The position numbers and the translations under genes are program-made. A stretch of 63,504 bases of DNA, filler included, from Octopus bimaculoides (Eukaryota): NCBI RefSeq assembly GCF_001194135.2. It is 4 parts of 3 records of this genome, joined end to end, with 100 filler letters (N's around TTAATTAATTAA, not from the genome) between each part and the next. Parts side by side here need not be neighbours in the genome. Positions count along the whole stretch, not along the records: positions 1 to 27,571 come from NC_068981.1; 3 more parts are not named here. One strand, written 5' to 3'. Below, piece after piece: positions 1 to 11,682 of the stretch. The first letter of the stretch is position 1. The number at the start of each line of letters is the position of its first letter. Below the pieces are notes generated by a model. The model did no database searches. It was not told the DNA's origin and saw only the letters and a program-made list of their open reading frames with translations.

Positions 1-135
1 ATATATATATATATATACACACACACACACGCACAAACGAAGTTACTCATTTACTATATTATTTTATTTACTTTTTCGTCTCTGAAAAGAAAAGGAAAAT
101 ATTTATTTGTAAATTTTTGTTGTGTATCTTTACAG

Positions 136-246
136 TTTGACGAAGATATTTTGGATATCGCCTTATATCTGATGCGCCAAGGATTCTTGGAATATTGCCC
201 TCAAATGAGTAGCCCTGTGCGGGTTGCACGAGTGCTTGTTCATGTG
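136..246 (+). CDS. TGM: Transglutaminase, first exon visible in window (FDEDILDIALYLMRQ...SPVRVARVLVHV); N-terminal exons lie upstream of the window
   Basis: tttacag acceptor (AG 134-135), GTG|gtaagt donor; phase 0/0; matches the TGase 'QFE..ILD...SPV.V.R' region and splices in frame to the next exon. Confidence 0.9.
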
Positions 247-1648
247 GTAAGTAATTTTGTGCTTATGTCTTGGTCGGGAGGGAATAATAGGATTCATGAC
301 TTGTTTTCTCCGGATCTCCAAGACCGGGGGAGGAAAGTGTTAAAGGACCCATGAGTTATAAGTTATCCTCAAAATAGCAACCTGGATAAAATATTCACAA
401 CAATAACTTGTTAAACCGTCCGGCGAGTTAAGTCAGTTGGTAACTAGATAATTTAATGAGCTGACGTACACACACACATACACACGAGCGTGCACGCGCG
501 CAAGCATACATACATACATACTAATACGCATCCGAATATACATATATGTTTGTTTATAATCATAATCTATGCTTAATACAGATTGTCTGAGTTGAATCAT
601 TCAACTCAAGATTATTTACACTGGTAATAAGAAAATATTATTATTACTATTGTATAGAAAATATACATATTGATGGAATCTACATGCTCAATGTTGTCCT
701 TTCATTCTTCCATAGAAATTTAGCTGAACAAAAAAATCCAAGATAGTAATATTTATTAATCCCGTTTAGATTATTAATTCAGCTCTATTCTATTTTAAAC
801 GTTTTATTTATTTTTCTGAAGTAAATAACCCAGTAATTAAGAATGCACTGATTTATTGTCAGCCACTTACAACCTGACCTGTGTATACATTTCTCTAAAG
901 TATTTAGCATTGCCAAAAATTGATTTCGCTCTGTTTTTTTTATAAGCCAATAGAAGAGGAGAGCAGTGTCTGTGACCTCTTAAGGCCTTCACAGAAATAG
1001 CAAGACTAATGTAAACGATGGCCAGTTTGAGCCTCAGCAAGTCAATGTCTGCAGGGAAACCTTTGTTCTTGAAAGAATATTTGCAACAGGATAAGGCGGC
1101 GAGCTAGGCGGTGCGCAGAGCAAAATGCTTATCGGCGTTTCGTCAGTCTTTACGTTCTGAGTTCAAATCCTGCCGAGGTAGGCTGTGCCTTTCATCCTTT
1201 GGGAATCGATAAAATAAGTACAAGTTGAACACTGGGGTCGAGGTAATCGACTTATCCCCTCCCCCGAAATTGCTAGCCTTGTACCAAAATTTAAAATCAA
1301 TGTTTGCAACAAGGTGGTCTTCGCTACAAGCATCCATGAAACAGTTTGTGATGTTAAACAGGGCGATGATTCAGACCTCCCACCAAAATAACCTGCTTAA
1401 ATTGCATTATGGTTTCTTGATGAATATGAAATAACGAGACATTGTAATCCTTTCCTAAGATAATTTTCAGTATTTCTTTTTAGCGAATTGAATTTTCAAC
1501 TGCTCAATCTAATTTGTTGCGCTTAATCTAGAAATGCAACTTAAATAATATCTAATTTCTTTTCTGATGATGAGTCATGCCCAACAGGTTCACAAACCTA
1601 TTCAATTTTTCTATCTCTATTATCTTTTCAATTTGTGTTGCTTTGTAG

Positions 1649-1823
1649 ATCAATTCTCCTGAAAACACTGGAGTAATGATGAGGTTTGATTCCGATAATT
1701 GTCAAAACGGCAAAAAACCAACAGCATGGGGCGGTAGTCGAAGAATTCTTCAGCAGTTCATTGATACCAAAGAACCGGTTAAGTATGGACAGTGCTGGGT
1801 ATTTTCTGGACTTCTTACTACAG
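1649..1823 (+). CDS. TGM: Transglutaminase exon carrying the catalytic Cys (PTAWGGS...PVKYGQCWVFSGLLTT)
   Basis: ctttgtag acceptor, G|gtattc donor; phase 0/1; hallmark GQCWVF motif, Cys codon TGC 1793-1795. Confidence 0.97.
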
Positions 1824-1955
1824 GTATTCTTTTCAATATACTCTGTTGTGTCGTGAAAAGAAACATTGATCAAAAGGTTTTATTAAAGTCGTGAAAATGA
1901 TGTAGAACTGCTTCGTGTGCCGCTGATTATTATTATTATTATTATTATTATTATT

Positions 1956-2800
1956 TGATGAAAACTCTCAACGTATTTTGCTGGATATTATGGAAAGTGT
2001 CAGTTGTCCACAGCCAGCAGACTAAGGTGGCACTTCTTTAATGGTCATGCTTCAAGAACTCTGCGAAGAATTCTTGCAGTTCTAAGCAATGTTGATTTTT
2101 GTAGGTGTTCTATGTTTACATTTGTAACAATCTTTATGAGCCATGTTGATATTTGAGTGCTGATACTTCCAAGTTCTCCAATTACTATTGGTATCACATC
2201 TACTCTCCTCATTGACCACAACCTTCGCATTTCCCATTTTAAATCGTCATAGTTGTTCAGATTTTCTTCTTTCTCTTTGATCCTGTTGTCACCGGGACAT
2301 GCTATACTCTTTTACTCTTTTACTTGTTTCAGTCATTTGACTGTGGCCATGCTGGAGCATCGCCTTTAGTCGAGCAAATCGACCCCAGGACTTATTCTTT
2401 GTAAGCCTAGTACTTATTCTATTTGTCTCTTTTGCCGAACCGCTAAGTTACGGGGACGTAAACACACCACCATCGGTTGTCAAGCGATGTTGGGGGACAA
2501 ACACAGACACATACACATACTTATACATATATATATACATATATACGACGGGCTTCTTTCAGTTTCCGTCTACCAAATCCACTCACAAGGCTTTGGTCGG
2601 CCCGAGGCTATAGTAGAAGACACTTGCCCAAGATGCCACGTAGTGGGATTGAACCCGGAACCATGTGGTTGGTAAGCAAGCTACTTACCACATAGCCACT
2701 CCTGCGCCTGTCGATTATCATACATGTTCTTTCTTTTTTATTCCCCACAGCAATGTCCGGTTTCCGATGTCTGGTCAGGCGATCGCACTGAATCATATTT
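1956..2800 (-). mobile_element. 3' end of a restriction-like-endonuclease (R4/Dong-like) non-LTR retroelement, split by a SINE at 2296-2709
   Basis: RKPDIAV..KKERTCMIID | IACPGDNRIKEKE...YDDLKWEMRRLW...VIPIVIGELG...LQKSTLLRTARILRRVL*; (TAA)n at the 3' end (1926-1954 on -). Confidence 0.85.
2296..2709 (-). mobile_element. SINE family B (tRNA head + CORE-like block + internal microsatellite)
   Basis: Head aggcgcaggagtggctatgtggtaag...gggttcaatccc then cttgggcaagtgtcttc. Related copies near 23100-23320, 26330-26890, 37650-38100, 50690-51010, 51070-51270. Confidence 0.85.
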
Positions 2801-2829
2801 GTTTTGTTCATTCCTTTATTTATTTCCAG

Positions 2830-2971
2830 TTTGCCGTGCCCTGGGTATTCCTTGCAGAACTGTTACCAATTTTAACTCTAACCACGACAGTGATGATAAC
2901 TTGTCTGTCAATGTTTATCTTGGAGAAGACGAGAAAGGAAATATCTTTGAACAAAAGGAAGGAAATGTTTG
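2830..2971 (+). CDS. TGM: Transglutaminase core exon (VCRALGIPCRTVTNFNSNHDSDDNLSV...GNVW)
   Basis: tttccag acceptor, TG|gttagt donor; phase 1/2; R.LGIP.R.VTNF.S.HD motif. Confidence 0.96.
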
Positions 2972-4196
2972 GTTAGTTGATGTCAATGTTAAAAGTTTAT
3001 AAGGGTTGTAGATTGCTAGAATCGTTAAGCATCGCACACAAGCCTTGCGGTATTTAGCTGTGTCCCTGTACGTTCTGAATTCAAATCTGTCCCGGATCGT
3101 CTTTACTTTTATTATTTTGGAGTTCATAAAATAAGCACTACTCAAATACTGGGGTCAATACAATCGACTGTACTCTCACTCACCAAAATTTGTCATTTAA
3201 AAAATTATTGTTGATTATTTCATTACACTAGAAATACATTAAATGCGGAATTACAGTGTTAACCGGCTGAACACTTGGTCGTGTGTTCTTCCATTATTAA
3301 TACTTCAGAAGGTGGCAAGCTGGCAGAATCGTTAGCAAGTTGGGCTAAATGCTTAGCGGCATTTCTGCCAGCTTTACATTCTGAGTTCAAATTCAGTTGA
3401 GGTCAATTTTACCTTTCATCTTTTCGGTAAATTAAAGTATCAGTTAAGCACTGGGGCTGATGTAATCGACTAGCCTCCAAAATGTCAAGCTTTGTACCTA
3501 TAGTAAAAAGGACTATCAATATTTCAAAATCTGTCACGCACCAGGGCAACACCTTCAAATATAGTTGCGTCAGTCAACCTGGCTGCTAAATAGGTTTTTC
3601 TCCGGTTTCATAACTGCATCGAGCTACAAAACAATTGCCCTAAAAATACACAATACAATAAAAATAATCCCAGGAAAATGGATGTAAAGCGATAGGCAAA
3701 AGGTTATTCCATAAGGAATCAACATTTTTTTTTTTGCAAAATAAATCGATATTTTATATCTAAAAAACTGATCCAGGCTAAGACGTTGTATATAGATTCA
3801 TGGGAAGGAGCAAATGAGATTGTTTGGCATTCAAGATTTTCTGAAAAGAATTAGTAATTTAAGTGGAGAAAGAGATTTAATAATTTAAAGCTTTAACCAT
3901 AAGTCGAAACTGAGCCGTAGAATCAGCTCGTCGGAAGTTTATCTCTTGTCTAAACAGTGAATATCTGAGTCCAAGCTGTAACCTTACCAACACTACCCCG
4001 TTTGCCCCACCCCATCCAAAACCTACAATAATTAGCGTAGCAATACAAGCATTAAGATATATTTTTACATTTTGAATGTTATAATAAACTTCAGCACACA
4101 ACATTCACTTTGAAAGGGCATGCGGCAAGCATATGAATCTGCAGTGAGAAACCCTGTACAGTCGATCGTCCTTAGCAATATTCTACATTACCAATA

Positions 4197-4619
4197 CCGT
4201 AAATCCTCGAGTATAGTCCGCCCTTGAGTATAATACGCAGGGGATTTTTAGAGGGCTGTACCTCTGAAAAACCTAAACCCTGTGTATAATACGCACCCCT
4301 TCTCTAACTTGAGTCAATAAGGTCTATATAATGCCCTTGGTTTGTAAACATATATACGGTAACGTCCTTTATTATTATTGTATATATAACATAATGCAAG
4401 CGTGTAGCTTTTTTGTGCACTTTGTTTGCAGAAAAAGAAATAACAGTAATAACGTCAGTGAAAAATAAATATTAAGTAAATTGCCTTTACATATTTATCA
4501 CTTAGAAAATTTTGCTTAGAAGATATTTTTTTCATTTTTAACCTCGAATATAGTACGCACTAGAAATTTTGACCTTTAAATTTTGGGAAAAAGTGCGGAT
4601 TATACTCGAGGATTTACGG
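4197..4619. mobile_element. Tc1/mariner-superfamily (Tc2/pogo-like) MITE in a TGM intron
   Basis: 25-bp TIR ccgtaaatcctcgagtata(g/a)tccgc with 1 mismatch; TA at 4195-4196 and 4620-4621; internal subterminal repeats. Confidence 0.92.
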
Positions 4620-4861
4620 TATATTCTTTATTCTATATTTCGATTGAGAAATAAGTAAGCGATTAAATTTAAAATCAAAATAAATTACAAATCATAACAC
4701 CAGCAGCGATATTGAACGATTCTTGAAATTCCTTCTTGCTTTATATTGAAAAAGAATAATAAAATGAATAAAAATAATGCAGAAGATTAACAAATGATTT
4801 TTTTATGTATTTTTCATAATAAATTATAAATTTTCATCTTTCATATTTTAACTATATTTAG

Positions 4862-4965
4862 GAATTTCCATGTTTGGAATGATGTTTGGATGAGTCGTTC
4901 AGATCTTCCTGTGGGATACTGTGGCTGGCAGGCTGTCGATCCAACCCCTCAAGAAGCAAGCGACG
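4862..4965 (+). CDS. TGM: Transglutaminase exon carrying catalytic His and Asp ([17 protein letters not shown]...[11 protein letters not shown])
   Basis: Absent from ORF track; read manually. tttag acceptor (4860-4861), G|gtaaaa donor; phase 2/1; His CAT 4869-4871, Asp GAT 4938-4940. Confidence 0.97.
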
Positions 4966-5553
4966 GTAAAACATACTTAACTGTTTTGTAATGATCCCAT
5001 TTTTAAATATCATTTCTATTAGAAACAAATTGTTTTAATGTTGTGTACTCCTAGATACATCCGATGTACTTGACAAAACCTCTTAATTTTCCTTGAGTTA
5101 ATCCAGGGAACATTAAATATGCAGGTACCGTATTTTGTGGCATATAAGACGCACTTTTTTCAAAAAGGGGAAATGTTTGAGATAAATCTTCTCGAGTCCA
5201 GTATGTGAAGTTGAACCTCCCATAAGTTTTAATCTACTGGTTGAGCATAACTTGATATCTTGATGCGTTACCCCTATTGCATTAACCCATGTATTTCTTA
5301 CTGTCTTTCCTGCAAATAGTTCCTAGCACGGACAGTACCTGTTCTTTTAGGAGGTAGACATATTCAGAATATATCATTTAAGCATAAATAATCTCTCTGT
5401 TAATACTTATCCGATCCTGTCGCATTAGGATCATATGATGAATATGTACAATTATTCCAAAGATTGAACTTCATATTGCATGCCTTTTAGGTTTAAATTA
5501 TAATTAAAACAAAAGTAAAATGAATAATTTCAATACCTTTGTTCCTGTGTTAG

Positions 5554-5719
5554 GTATTTACTGCTGCGGGCCTGCTCCTCTGAAAGCTATAAAGAATGGT
5601 GAAGTGAATCAAACTTTTGATACTAACTTCATTTTTTCGGAGTTAAACGCTGATCGGGTCTACTGGAAGAAAAATCACCGTTCAGGAAAATGGGAAATTG
5701 TTCATATTGATAGAAATGC
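5554..5719 (+). CDS. TGM: Transglutaminase core exon (GIYCCGPAPLKAIKNGEV...FIFSELNADRVYW)
   Basis: gtgttag acceptor, GC|gtaagt donor; phase 1/2; CGP..AIK.G and E.NAD motifs. Confidence 0.96.
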
Positions 5720-6176
5720 GTAAGTAGAGTTAAACATTATTTTTCATTTCGATGACATGACCAATATATTCTACGTAAGAATATAAAATAAAATACAAAG
5801 TTGAAGCATTAAAGAATAAAATAATTCATCTATAATTTATTTAAATATTAGTTGGTATACATTGAACGAAACACTCATGTTTCCAGGGGTGAATTATACA
5901 AACTCCAAAGAATTCCGCTCAACACATGCCTGTGGTGGTGGTGGAGGAGTTATTGCTAAAGAATTGCTTGTGTTGGTGGAGGTGTGGTTTAGTAGATACT
6001 GTCGTGTTGTTCGTTCAGAGCGGATATAGCTATTTCTTTAAAAACTTTTACTGTGCCGTTTTTAAATCTGATTTACTTGGTTGTCCCTCCACCTCGAAAA
6101 ATGAGATTTCGACATCGGAAAGACCTGAAGTGGAGGTGTGTTTTCGTGAGTGTTTGTATTTGAAATAGGAGAGGCG

Positions 6177-6235
<59 letters not shown>

Positions 6236-6236
<1 letters not shown>

Positions 6237-6790
6237 TACATGATAACACTTCCAATCAGTTAAGATCAAAAACCTTGAGAGCCACTACCTGGTACTGCAT
6301 CAGGGCATATAATAATAGTAATGAGTAAGCGACCATACTCTGGGATATGCCAATACACACAGATAGAGAAATTAAGGCCAATAGGTCGGATATAGTTGTC
6401 AGCGATCATCAAAAAAAAAATGCTTTCCAATCGATGTATCAATACCAACAGATGGTAATGTTTCTTTTAAAAAAACGGAGAAACTTCCAAAATACAAAGA
6501 CCTGAAATAGAGGTAATTCGAATGTGGGGTCTAAAAACAGAAACAATTCCTATCATAGTAGATGCATTACGTATGATAAAAAAAAATATTCAGACAAATG
6601 CATAACAAAAACACCAGGACTAACAAGTATACATAACATACAGAAAATAGCACTACTAGGCACTGCAAACATCCTACGTAAAACACTTTCAATACAGTAA
6701 AAATAAACCACAGCACATACCCAAGGCACACAGAGCTGCGCTTGGTAGTACAGTGAAAGCACGAGGTAAACATAAGACTATTGAACAATA
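6236..6790 (+). mobile_element. Degenerate 3' fragment of an RLE (R4/Dong-like) retroelement
   Basis: ILWDMPIHTDREIKANR.DIVV...IDVSIP...KYKDL...IQKIALLGTANILRKTL; directly follows a (TAA)n tract. Confidence 0.8.
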
Positions 6791-6954
6791 ATTAGTAATT
6801 ATTATTTCAATTTTATGCCACAAGGGCAGCTTGAGGTAGGTGGGGATGAGTCGATTACATCGACCCCGGTGTTCAACTGGTACTTATTTTATCGACCCCG
6901 AAAGGATGAAGGGCAACGTCGACCTCAGCAGAAAATAAGAATAATTATTATTAT

Positions 6955-7195
6955 AATATTGACATGAGAGCAGAGTAAGCTCCAAAAAACTGCTCTGCTG
7001 GAGACAGCTAGGGTTTTGAGATTGGTACTTGGATGTTGAATGCCTTTTACGATAATTAAAAACCAAGTATCAAAGCTTATAATGTGCAGAAAGAAACCCT
7101 GTGAGACCTCTGACGGCAGGCTGCTGTCTGCTCTCACAGAATCTACCAGAACAAACAAGACCGCATGTTCTGAGAAATAAAACAAAATAATAATA
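6955..7195 (+). mobile_element. Short 3' remnant of an RLE retroelement
   Basis: LQKTALLETARVLRLVL* followed by UTR-like sequence and a short aataataat tail. Confidence 0.6.
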
Positions 7196-7385
7196 ATGTT
7201 GTCGATAATGATGATAGTTTTTATCTGCTACAGGGGCGTTTGTTGAGGTAGAGAGGGGCAGAAGGAAGAGATGGGATAAAAAGAATGTACATAATATGTG
7301 AACACATGGATGATGCAGTCCTTTGAGAAATATTAACTGAGTGAATTGTCATTTTGAAAAACTGAATTTATTTTTCTATTAATAG

Positions 7386-7486
7386 ATTGGGCAAGTTCAT
7401 CTATACCAAGTACCCAAATTGCAAACCCGGTCATAATCGCAGTGGTGGTTTGATGGACATTACATTTGATTACAAGCTGGTCAATG
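7386..7486 (+). CDS. TGM: Transglutaminase exon (LGKFIYTKYPNCKPGHNRSGGLMDITFDYKLVN)
   Basis: Absent from ORF track; aatag acceptor, G|gtatgt donor; phase 2/1; G..I.TK...DIT..YK motif. Confidence 0.9.
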
Positions 7487-8196
7487 GTATGTATGGCAGA
7501 ACAGTTCAAGAAATAACATATTATAAATGGATCTAATTTGATAATTTGAGTTATTGAAAGGATACAAGCTTTACTTTGAATGTATTATACTTAGAGTGCT
7601 GTTATTGTAATTGTGTTTACTATAGTAATATCATTTGTATATATAGGGTATGTAAATCAAATATCGGCAATTATACAAGACGCTAACAATTCCGTTCTTT
7701 TTCTCAAGCCCTTACTGTCTTGAATTAATCTTTTTTTTTATTTTTCGCTCAAACTTCACATCACATTCTTGATTTGAAGCTATCGTTTTTGTACAGTTGT
7801 TCTTTATCTACAATCAACTAAGCCATATATTTACAGAACCAACATCTTCAGTTCACATAGTCTAATTCAACTAGGTGCAAGAATGAACCGCCGTATAATA
7901 TAATTTACCATTGAAGGATTTGCATTATATCCTTCAGAAATGAAAAACAAAGAAATTTTTATCACAATCATTGGAGCATTCTGTGTGTTTTAAACTGCCC
8001 AGTGCAAAAGCCGATACTGTATTACCGTTTGTATGCAAGTATATTTGTACGGGTCGCTAGAGAACTATATTTAGTAAGTTAGTGAATAATAATGTAATGA
8101 TGTGAAGTTTCTGTATAGCTGCTTAATAATAACCTACTTTTTTAAATATCACTCTTTCTATATTTAACTAATAATCATTCCAATAATCATTCTAAG

Positions 8197-8285
8197 GTTC
8201 AGAGTATGATCGTATCGATGTGATCAATGTCCACCGGAAGAAAATGATGCTTCACAGGGCCAAGAAGTCCTCACACTATCAGGAG
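8197..8285 (+). CDS. TGM: Transglutaminase hinge exon (GSEYDRIDVINVHRKKMMLHRAKKSSHYQE)
   Basis: ttctaag acceptor, GAG|gtagga donor; phase 1/0 fits both neighbours; GS..ER-like motif. Confidence 0.85.
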
Positions 8286-8366
8286 GTAGGAACACGTCAG
8301 TGTTACAAATTTCTCTCTGCTTTTCTGTTTTTTCCCAAAAGTTTATTGGAAGTTTACCCTGTACAT

Positions 8367-8423
<57 letters not shown>

Positions 8424-9240
8424 ACACTACACTACACTTGTTATGTCTGGCAACTACTGTTTTACTTTTTTTTTTCTATAATGCAGCTCCAGTGTTTTCA
8501 TAAATGTAAATGAATCCAAAATTGATAAATTAGGTAGTAAATCTGCAAACTGAAACATTTCTTTTCAATAATATAAGTTGTATTTTTCACATATACGGAA
8601 TGATGAAGTAATGATATAAAGTTCATTTAAAACACTGTTAACAAGAATCCAACATTTAATGAAATATAATTTCCTTTCCATTAAAATATAGAATCATAAA
8701 TGGAAATCTCTATGAAGTTTTCCCTATTAATCTATAAATATGCAAAGATACTCGCTTAATATAACATTACTCTATATAAATAGAGAGAGACCAATAATAT
8801 TTGAGACTAATTTCTGTGGTATTGCTCTTAAACTTAGACACAAGGTTGATTTATAGCTATTACAGATGTAAATACCGTTTATAATGTGAATCAGAAATGA
8901 AGCCTCTACACCGGCAATAGCAACCATATCGTCATCAAATCACACTTTACCGCCTTTAAATACAGAACGTGTTAGAAAATATAGTCTGTGACAACAACAA
9001 CAACAACAACAATAATAATCTTTTCTACTATAGGCACAAGGGGAGGGTGCTAGTCGATTATATCAACCCCAGTTTTCAATTGGTACTTAATTTATCGACC
9101 CCGAAAAGATGAAAGGCAAAGTTGACCTCGGTGGAATTTGAACTCAGAACGTAGCGACAGACGAAATACCGCTAAGCATTTCGCCCGGTGTGCTAACGAT
9201 TCCTCCAGATTGCCACCTTAATCTTAATCTTAATAATAAT

Positions 9241-9274
<34 letters not shown>

Positions 9275-9953
9275 GTTTCAAATTTTGGCAAAAGGTCAAT
9301 AATTCCGGGTGTGTAGGTAAGTCGATTATATCGATCCCAGTGTTCAAATAGCACCTATTTTATCGACCCTTAAGCTCGGTTAGAGGTTACTTCGGGAAGA
9401 TTTAGCTGCAATATCTAGCAGAGTAAGTAACCATGTAGATAGCCATCATTGACGCCAAGAAACAGATGTAGTAGTACAGTATTGGTAGGTGAAGCGTTCA
9501 ACTCCTCCTGCATAGAAAACTAATTAACATAAATCATCGTTTAATGTTTTTGTGAAGAAGTTAAGGCTCCAAGCTGGCAGAATCGTTAGCACACCCGACA
9601 AAATGCTTACCAGTATTTCCGTACGTCTTTATACTGTGTTCAAATTACGCCGATGTTGACTTTGCCTTTTATCCTTTCGGGGTCGTTAAAATAAATGTCA
9701 GTTGTACACTGGGGTCGATATAATCGATTATATCGACTTATTCTCTCCCCCGAATGATTCGGATTCTTGTGATGTGTGTGTGTATTGATGTGTACTTGTA
9801 GATGTGTACATACAAATATCCACACATATGCTCATGTATACTTATGTACATGCATTCAAATGATAGAAAGTAAAAGTAGACGTAAAGTTTTAATTTACAT
9901 TACTGTACGTTCTAATCTAAGACGATTATATATTTCCAATTCAAACACTACAG

Positions 9954-10152
9954 GATATGGAATTCCGTATAAGTGAGAGGGAAAGTGTGATGGTTGGTCA
10001 AGATTTCAACATAACTCTCCACTGCCGCAATACTGGTCAAGATCAGCGTTACGTAAGCAGTTCAGTTTATTGCAAAATTGTCGACCACTTTGGTGAGAAG
10101 ATTGGTTTATGTCGTGAATTACATGTCAATAATTTCTTTGACGCCAAGAACA
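9954..10152 (+). CDS. TGM: Transglutaminase beta-barrel 1 exon (DMEFRISERESVMVGQDFNITLHCRN...)
   Basis: actacag acceptor, A|gtaagt donor; phase 0/1; V.VGQDF...N pattern of the TGase C-terminal Ig-like domain. Confidence 0.93.
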
Positions 10153-10423
10153 GTAAGTAGCCTTTTACTAAATCTCTAGCTTTCTATCCAGCATGTGTTC
10201 TTCATCAAAATTCTTCTCTTTAACCTAATTCGTTAAACTAAATTAATTCGTTCTCACTCGTTATTTGTCCACAAGTTTCCTCGCAATTCGCCCAATACTT
10301 TTCATTTATTTAGCGTAACCATCCATTTAGTTATATCTCAGTTCACAAAATCAATATGTACATAAATTTAGAAACAAGGTATTGACTATAACTATACATT
10401 TTTTTCTTTCTTCTAATATCCAG

Positions 10424-10596
10424 GTAAAATGATAGTCATGAACGTTGCTCCAGAAGACTATATGCCGTTTTTGGGACGTGACAATAACTCTCGTTTGTCA
10501 ATGAGAATTATGGTGTATTGCAAAGTTAAACAGACTGACCAAATGTTCGTTTTCAATGACAGTTATCAACTTGATTGGCCTTACTTGACCATTGAG
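10424..10596 (+). CDS. TGM: Transglutaminase beta-barrel 1 exon (SKMIVMNVAPEDYMPFL...LDWPYLTIE)
   Basis: atccag acceptor, GAG|gtttgt donor; phase 1/0; ..P..Y and P.L.I motifs. Confidence 0.92.
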
Positions 10597-10867
10597 GTTT
10601 GTTTTATTACCCTTTTTGGCATGCTACAAGATATTTAAACGATCGTTCAAGTAACAGACAAGAATTTTATACACACACACACACATTTATATATATATAC
10701 CCATTCCACGATGAACCACTTCTACCTAGCTTTGCTAGGCAGCCTCAACACAAACGTGCTTTCAGTTGCAATCCCTGCCGGAGTTTTAGTGGCGAATCAA
10801 GTCGTGCACTTATAATACCTTCCTTAGTACATTACGTCATTTGACGAAAATCCTTTACATACACACA

Positions 10868-10912
<45 letters not shown>

Positions 10913-10942
10913 GAGCAAGGCTGTGTATGTGTNNNNNNNNNN

Positions 10943-10987
<45 letters not shown>

Positions 10988-11545
10988 GAGCAAGGCTGTG
11001 TATGTGTGTGTGTGTGTGTGTATACATGTATATGTGTATGTATGAATAATGATAATATTTTCTAATCTAGGCACAAGGCCCGAAATTTGTGGGGAGGGGG
11101 CTAGTCGATTAGATCGATCCCAGTACGCAACTGGTACTTAATTTATCGACCCCGAAAGGATGAAAGTCAAACTCGACCTTTGCAGAATTTGAACTCAGAC
11201 GAAGTACCACTAAGCATTTCGCCCGGCGTGCTAACGCTTTTTGCCATTTCGCCGCCTTATGAATAATCTTTTCTACACTAGACACAAAGCCCGAAATTTG
11301 TGGAGAGAGGGCCATTCCGACCTTGACGGAATTTGAACGTAAGGACAGACGAAATACCGCTAAACATTTCGTCCAGCGTGCTAACGCTTCTGCCTTATGA
11401 ATAATGATAATAAAATCAAAACATATATTGATATTTTGCATGCATTTAAAACGCGCGTTTCAGGTGATTAAGCAAAGGAGAATTTTTTTCTCTTTGCAAC
11501 ATCATTCTTTCTCATTAATTAATTAATTTTGTTATGTTGTTACAG

Positions 11546-11682
11546 GTTCCTCCGAAGATCAGAGTGAGAGATGAAGTCATGGCACGCATATCTTTTGTTA
11601 ATCCTTTGGATATTCCACTTACAAACTGTGAATTGATGTTGGAAGGAAACGGATTCGAACGCATTTATGAGATTCGTGCTAA
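11546..11682 (+). CDS. TGM: Transglutaminase beta-barrel 2 exon (VPPKIRV...SFVNPLDIPLTNCELMLEGNG)
   Basis: Absent from ORF track; ttacag acceptor, AA|gtaagt donor; phase 0/2; F.NPL...LT.C...EG.G motif. Confidence 0.95.

Noticed and set aside
10860-11010. Direct duplication (CT)n-agagcaaggctgtgtatgtgt on both sides of a 10-N gap
   Set aside because: Most likely an unmerged contig overlap.
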